Shown piece after piece: positions 61,723 through 64,000 of a stretch of DNA of 64,000 bases; the stretch's first letter is position 1; the number at the start of each line of letters is the position of its first letter. Under the pieces are notes generated by a model. That model worked only from the letters and a program-made list of their open reading frames with translations, searched no databases and had not been told where the DNA came from. A program made the position numbers and the translations under genes. Location: the NCBI GenBank assembly GCA_963822945.1, contig CAWGJO010000021.1:32001-96000 (forward strand). Direction: 5' to 3'. This DNA is from an uncultured Gemmatimonadaceae bacterium (GTDB lineage Bacteria; Gemmatimonadota; Gemmatimonadetes; Gemmatimonadales; Gemmatimonadaceae).

Positions 61723-62412
61723 ATGAGACCGATCCAGCTCGGTACCGCGGTTGCTCTCGCGCTCACGACCGTTGCCGGCCACGCCTTCGCTCAGGAGACG
61801 ATGGTGGACGAGGGATCGCTCGTGATCACGCGGAACGGCACCCCGATCGGCCGGGAGGCCTACCGGATCGTGCGTGCCGCGGCGGGAGGCGGCCAGGCGT
61901 ACCGGGCCACGGCCACCGTGTCGTTCGATTCCGCGCGCGTCGCGCTCCGGCTGACCACGGACTCCGCCGGAGCCCCCCTCACGTACGAAGCCGAAGTGCG
62001 CGTGCACACCAGGCGCGTCGCCCACGTCGATGGCAGCGGCCGTCCCGGACGGTTCAGTACGCTGACCAAGACGCCGCACGGTGAATCCGCCCGCGATTAC
62101 GTCATGAGCGCGAATCCGCTCCTCCTCGACCCGCAGGCGTTCGACCCCTATTTCTTCGCGGTCCTGCCGCCCCTTCGTTCCCAGTTTTCCGTGGTCGATC
62201 CCCGCCTCGGTACACAAGCTACATTTCGGTTCGAGGAACGTGGGCAGGAGTCCATTCGCATCGGTCGCGGGACGGTGAACGCTCGGCACTTTGCGCTCAT
62301 CGCGGCGGACGGTGCCAGCCGGGACATCTGGGTGGACGCGCAGGGGCACCTGCTCCGCGTGGCCATTCCGGCCCAGGGCCTCGTCGCCCAGCGCGACGAA
62401 TTGCCGCGCTGA
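61723..62412 (+). CDS. Hypothetical secreted protein (alternative start 61693)
   Basis: Signal peptide AFA|Q; IGREAYRI; WVDAQGHLLRV. Confidence 0.65.
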   Translation: MRPIQLGTAVALALTTVAGHAFAQETMVDEGSLVITRNGTPIGREAYRIVRAAAGGGQAYRATATVSFDSARVALRLTTDSAGAPLTYEAEVRVHTRRVAHVDGSGRPGRFSTLTKTPHGESARDYVMSANPLLLDPQAFDPYFFAVLPPLRSQFSVVDPRLGTQATFRFEERGQESIRIGRGTVNARHFALIAADGASRDIWVDAQGHLLRVAIPAQGLVAQRDELPR

Positions 62413-62540
62413 CGCGACGGCATCGTCCGCGTTACCACCGCCGCAAGCGACGGCCGACCCGCAGACATATGCCGTCTTGAAACCGGGTTCGGCCGACCAC
62501 CGTACGACAGGCTGACCCCTTACCACAGGATCAGCTCTCC

Positions 62541-64000
62541 ATGCGTCTTTCGGTGTCTGCCGTGCTGCTCGCGCTCGTTGGCCAGGTTGCACTTGCCCAA
62601 GGGGGCGCATCACCCTCCGGGCCATCGCTGTCACTCGAGCAGGCAATCGCTCTCGCCCGCCAGACCAACCCCACATACCTGCAGACCGTCACCGGACGCC
62701 GCACCGCGGATGCCGCCGTGCGCTCGGCCTACGGGGCATTCCTGCCCACGGTCAGCTCGTCATTCAGCGCCGGGTATCAGCAGGCCGGGAGCCAGGTCTT
62801 CCAGGGGCTCACGTTCACGGGATCGTCCGACGCCATCACGTCCCACTACAGCCTCGGCGTCAACTACAGTCTGAGTGCCGCGTCGTTCATGAACCCCAAG
62901 CTGCAAAAGGCCAATCGTGACGCCACGGAAGCCGACATCACCGGGCAGGCGGAACTCCTCCGCGCCAACGTGACCTCGGCATACCTGGACGCGCTGGCCG
63001 CGCAGGCCAACGCGTCGCTCCAGGACACGCTGGTGATCACGGCGCAGGGCCAGCTCGATCTGGCGAAGGCCAAGATGCAGGTGGGTCAGGGCACGATCCT
63101 CGACGTGAACAGTGCCGAGGTCGCGCTCGGACAGGCCCAGATTGCCGCCCTCACCGCGCACAACAACGCCGACGTGGCGCTCGTGACGTTGTACCAGCAG
63201 ATCGGCGCGCCCGAGCCAGCCGGCGTCCAGCTCACGACCACGTTCAGCACCAACGTGCCGCCCCTCGCACTCGACTCGCTGCTCGTGCTGGCGCATGGCC
63301 GCAACCCGGCAATCGAAGCCCTGCGCGCCTCCCAGCACGCCGCGGCGATCGGGGTCCGCACGGCCGAGTCGCGCTACACGCCCACGCTCTCGCTGAGCAC
63401 CGGGTGGGGCGGCAATTCGTACGAGTACACGAATTCCGACTACCTCGTGGGACGCGCGCAGGCAAGCGCCATGAGCGCCTACGCCGGCTGCGTCCAGCAG
63501 GACTCCATCCGCACACGGGTCGGGCTGGCGTCGGCGGGGTGCCCGTCGCCGACGCTGACCCCCGGGCAGATCGACCAGATTCGCAGTTCGAACAACGTCT
63601 TCCCGTTCCGCTTCACGCGGTCACCGCTCTCCGTGAATGCCACGATCTCGCTGCCCATCTTCGACGGGTTCAACCGCGAGGAAAGCGTGCAGCAGGCCAT
63701 CGCGACCAAGGAGAACGCGGAATACCGGCTGAAGGCGCAGGAATTGCAGACGCGGACCCAGGTCACCCAGGCGTACCTGAATCTCCAGCTGGCCGGCAAG
63801 ACCATCGCCCTGCGCCAGCAGAACGCCGATAAGGCGCGCGAGGAATACCAGTTCGCGCAACAGCGGTATCGCGTGGGCCAGGCCACCTATCTCGACGTGA
63901 CCACGGCCCACGGGACGTTCGTGCAGGCGCAGGTCGATCGGCTCAATTCCATTTATGATTACCAGAAGGCGTTCGCCGCGCTCGAGAGCGCGGTCGGCCG
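62541..64000 (+). CDS. TolC family outer-membrane efflux protein (runs off the window)
   Basis: Open frame read by eye from ATG 62541: signal peptide, LSLEQAIALARQTNP, LPIFDG, RYRVGQATYLDV. Confidence 0.88.
   Translation, partial: MRLSVSAVLLALVGQVALAQGGASPSGPSLSLEQAIALARQTNPTYLQTVTGRRTADAAVRSAYGAFLPTVSSSFSAGYQQAGSQVFQGLTFTGSSDAITSHYSLGVNYSLSAASFMNPKLQKANRDATEADITGQAELLRANVTSAYLDALAAQANASLQDTLVITAQGQLDLAKAKMQVGQGTILDVNSAEVALGQAQIAALTAHNNADVALVTLYQQIGAPEPAGVQLTTTFSTNVPPLALDSLLVLAHGRNPAIEALRASQHAAAIGVRTAESRYTPTLSLSTGWGGNSYEYTNSDYLVGRAQASAMSAYAGCVQQDSIRTRVGLASAGCPSPTLTPGQIDQIRSSNNVFPFRFTRSPLSVNATISLPIFDGFNREESVQQAIATKENAEYRLKAQELQTRTQVTQAYLNLQLAGKTIALRQQNADKAREEYQFAQQRYRVGQATYLDVTTAHGTFVQAQVDRLNSIYDYQKAFAALESAVG

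Overview
High-GC bacterial chromosomal segment with about 55 genes. Gene content and protein style suggest Gemmatimonadota (inference). Most genes are housekeeping: smc, aroF, lolA, tmk, rpmE-prfA-prmC, lnt, hemL, rimO, yajQ, a sigma-70, lepB, thpR, larE, comM/yifB and a TolC. About 12 apparent single-base frameshifts across 8 genes look like long-read errors. Highlights: (1) a four-helix-bundle (23S-rRNA-IVP/Avd-like) gene between rimO and yajQ, with a long hairpin directly before its ATG; the 4HB-yajQ pair is bracketed by two oppositely oriented tandem arrays of the same octamer (GACTGTCC x14 perfect, and about 8 reverse-complement copies), and a related heptamer hairpin lies 10 kb away; (2) a Cyc2-like cytochrome-porin fusion with an upstream monoheme cytochrome c, a candidate Fe(II)-oxidation/extracellular electron transfer unit; (3) a DUF929-VKOR disulfide pair; (4) an apparent CTG start for RF1; (5) a Crp/phosphodiesterase-like module with a CRP box; (6) a pseudokinase-kinase tandem. 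No rRNA, tRNA, CRISPR array or transposase was seen. All family assignments are by motif recognition, not database search.
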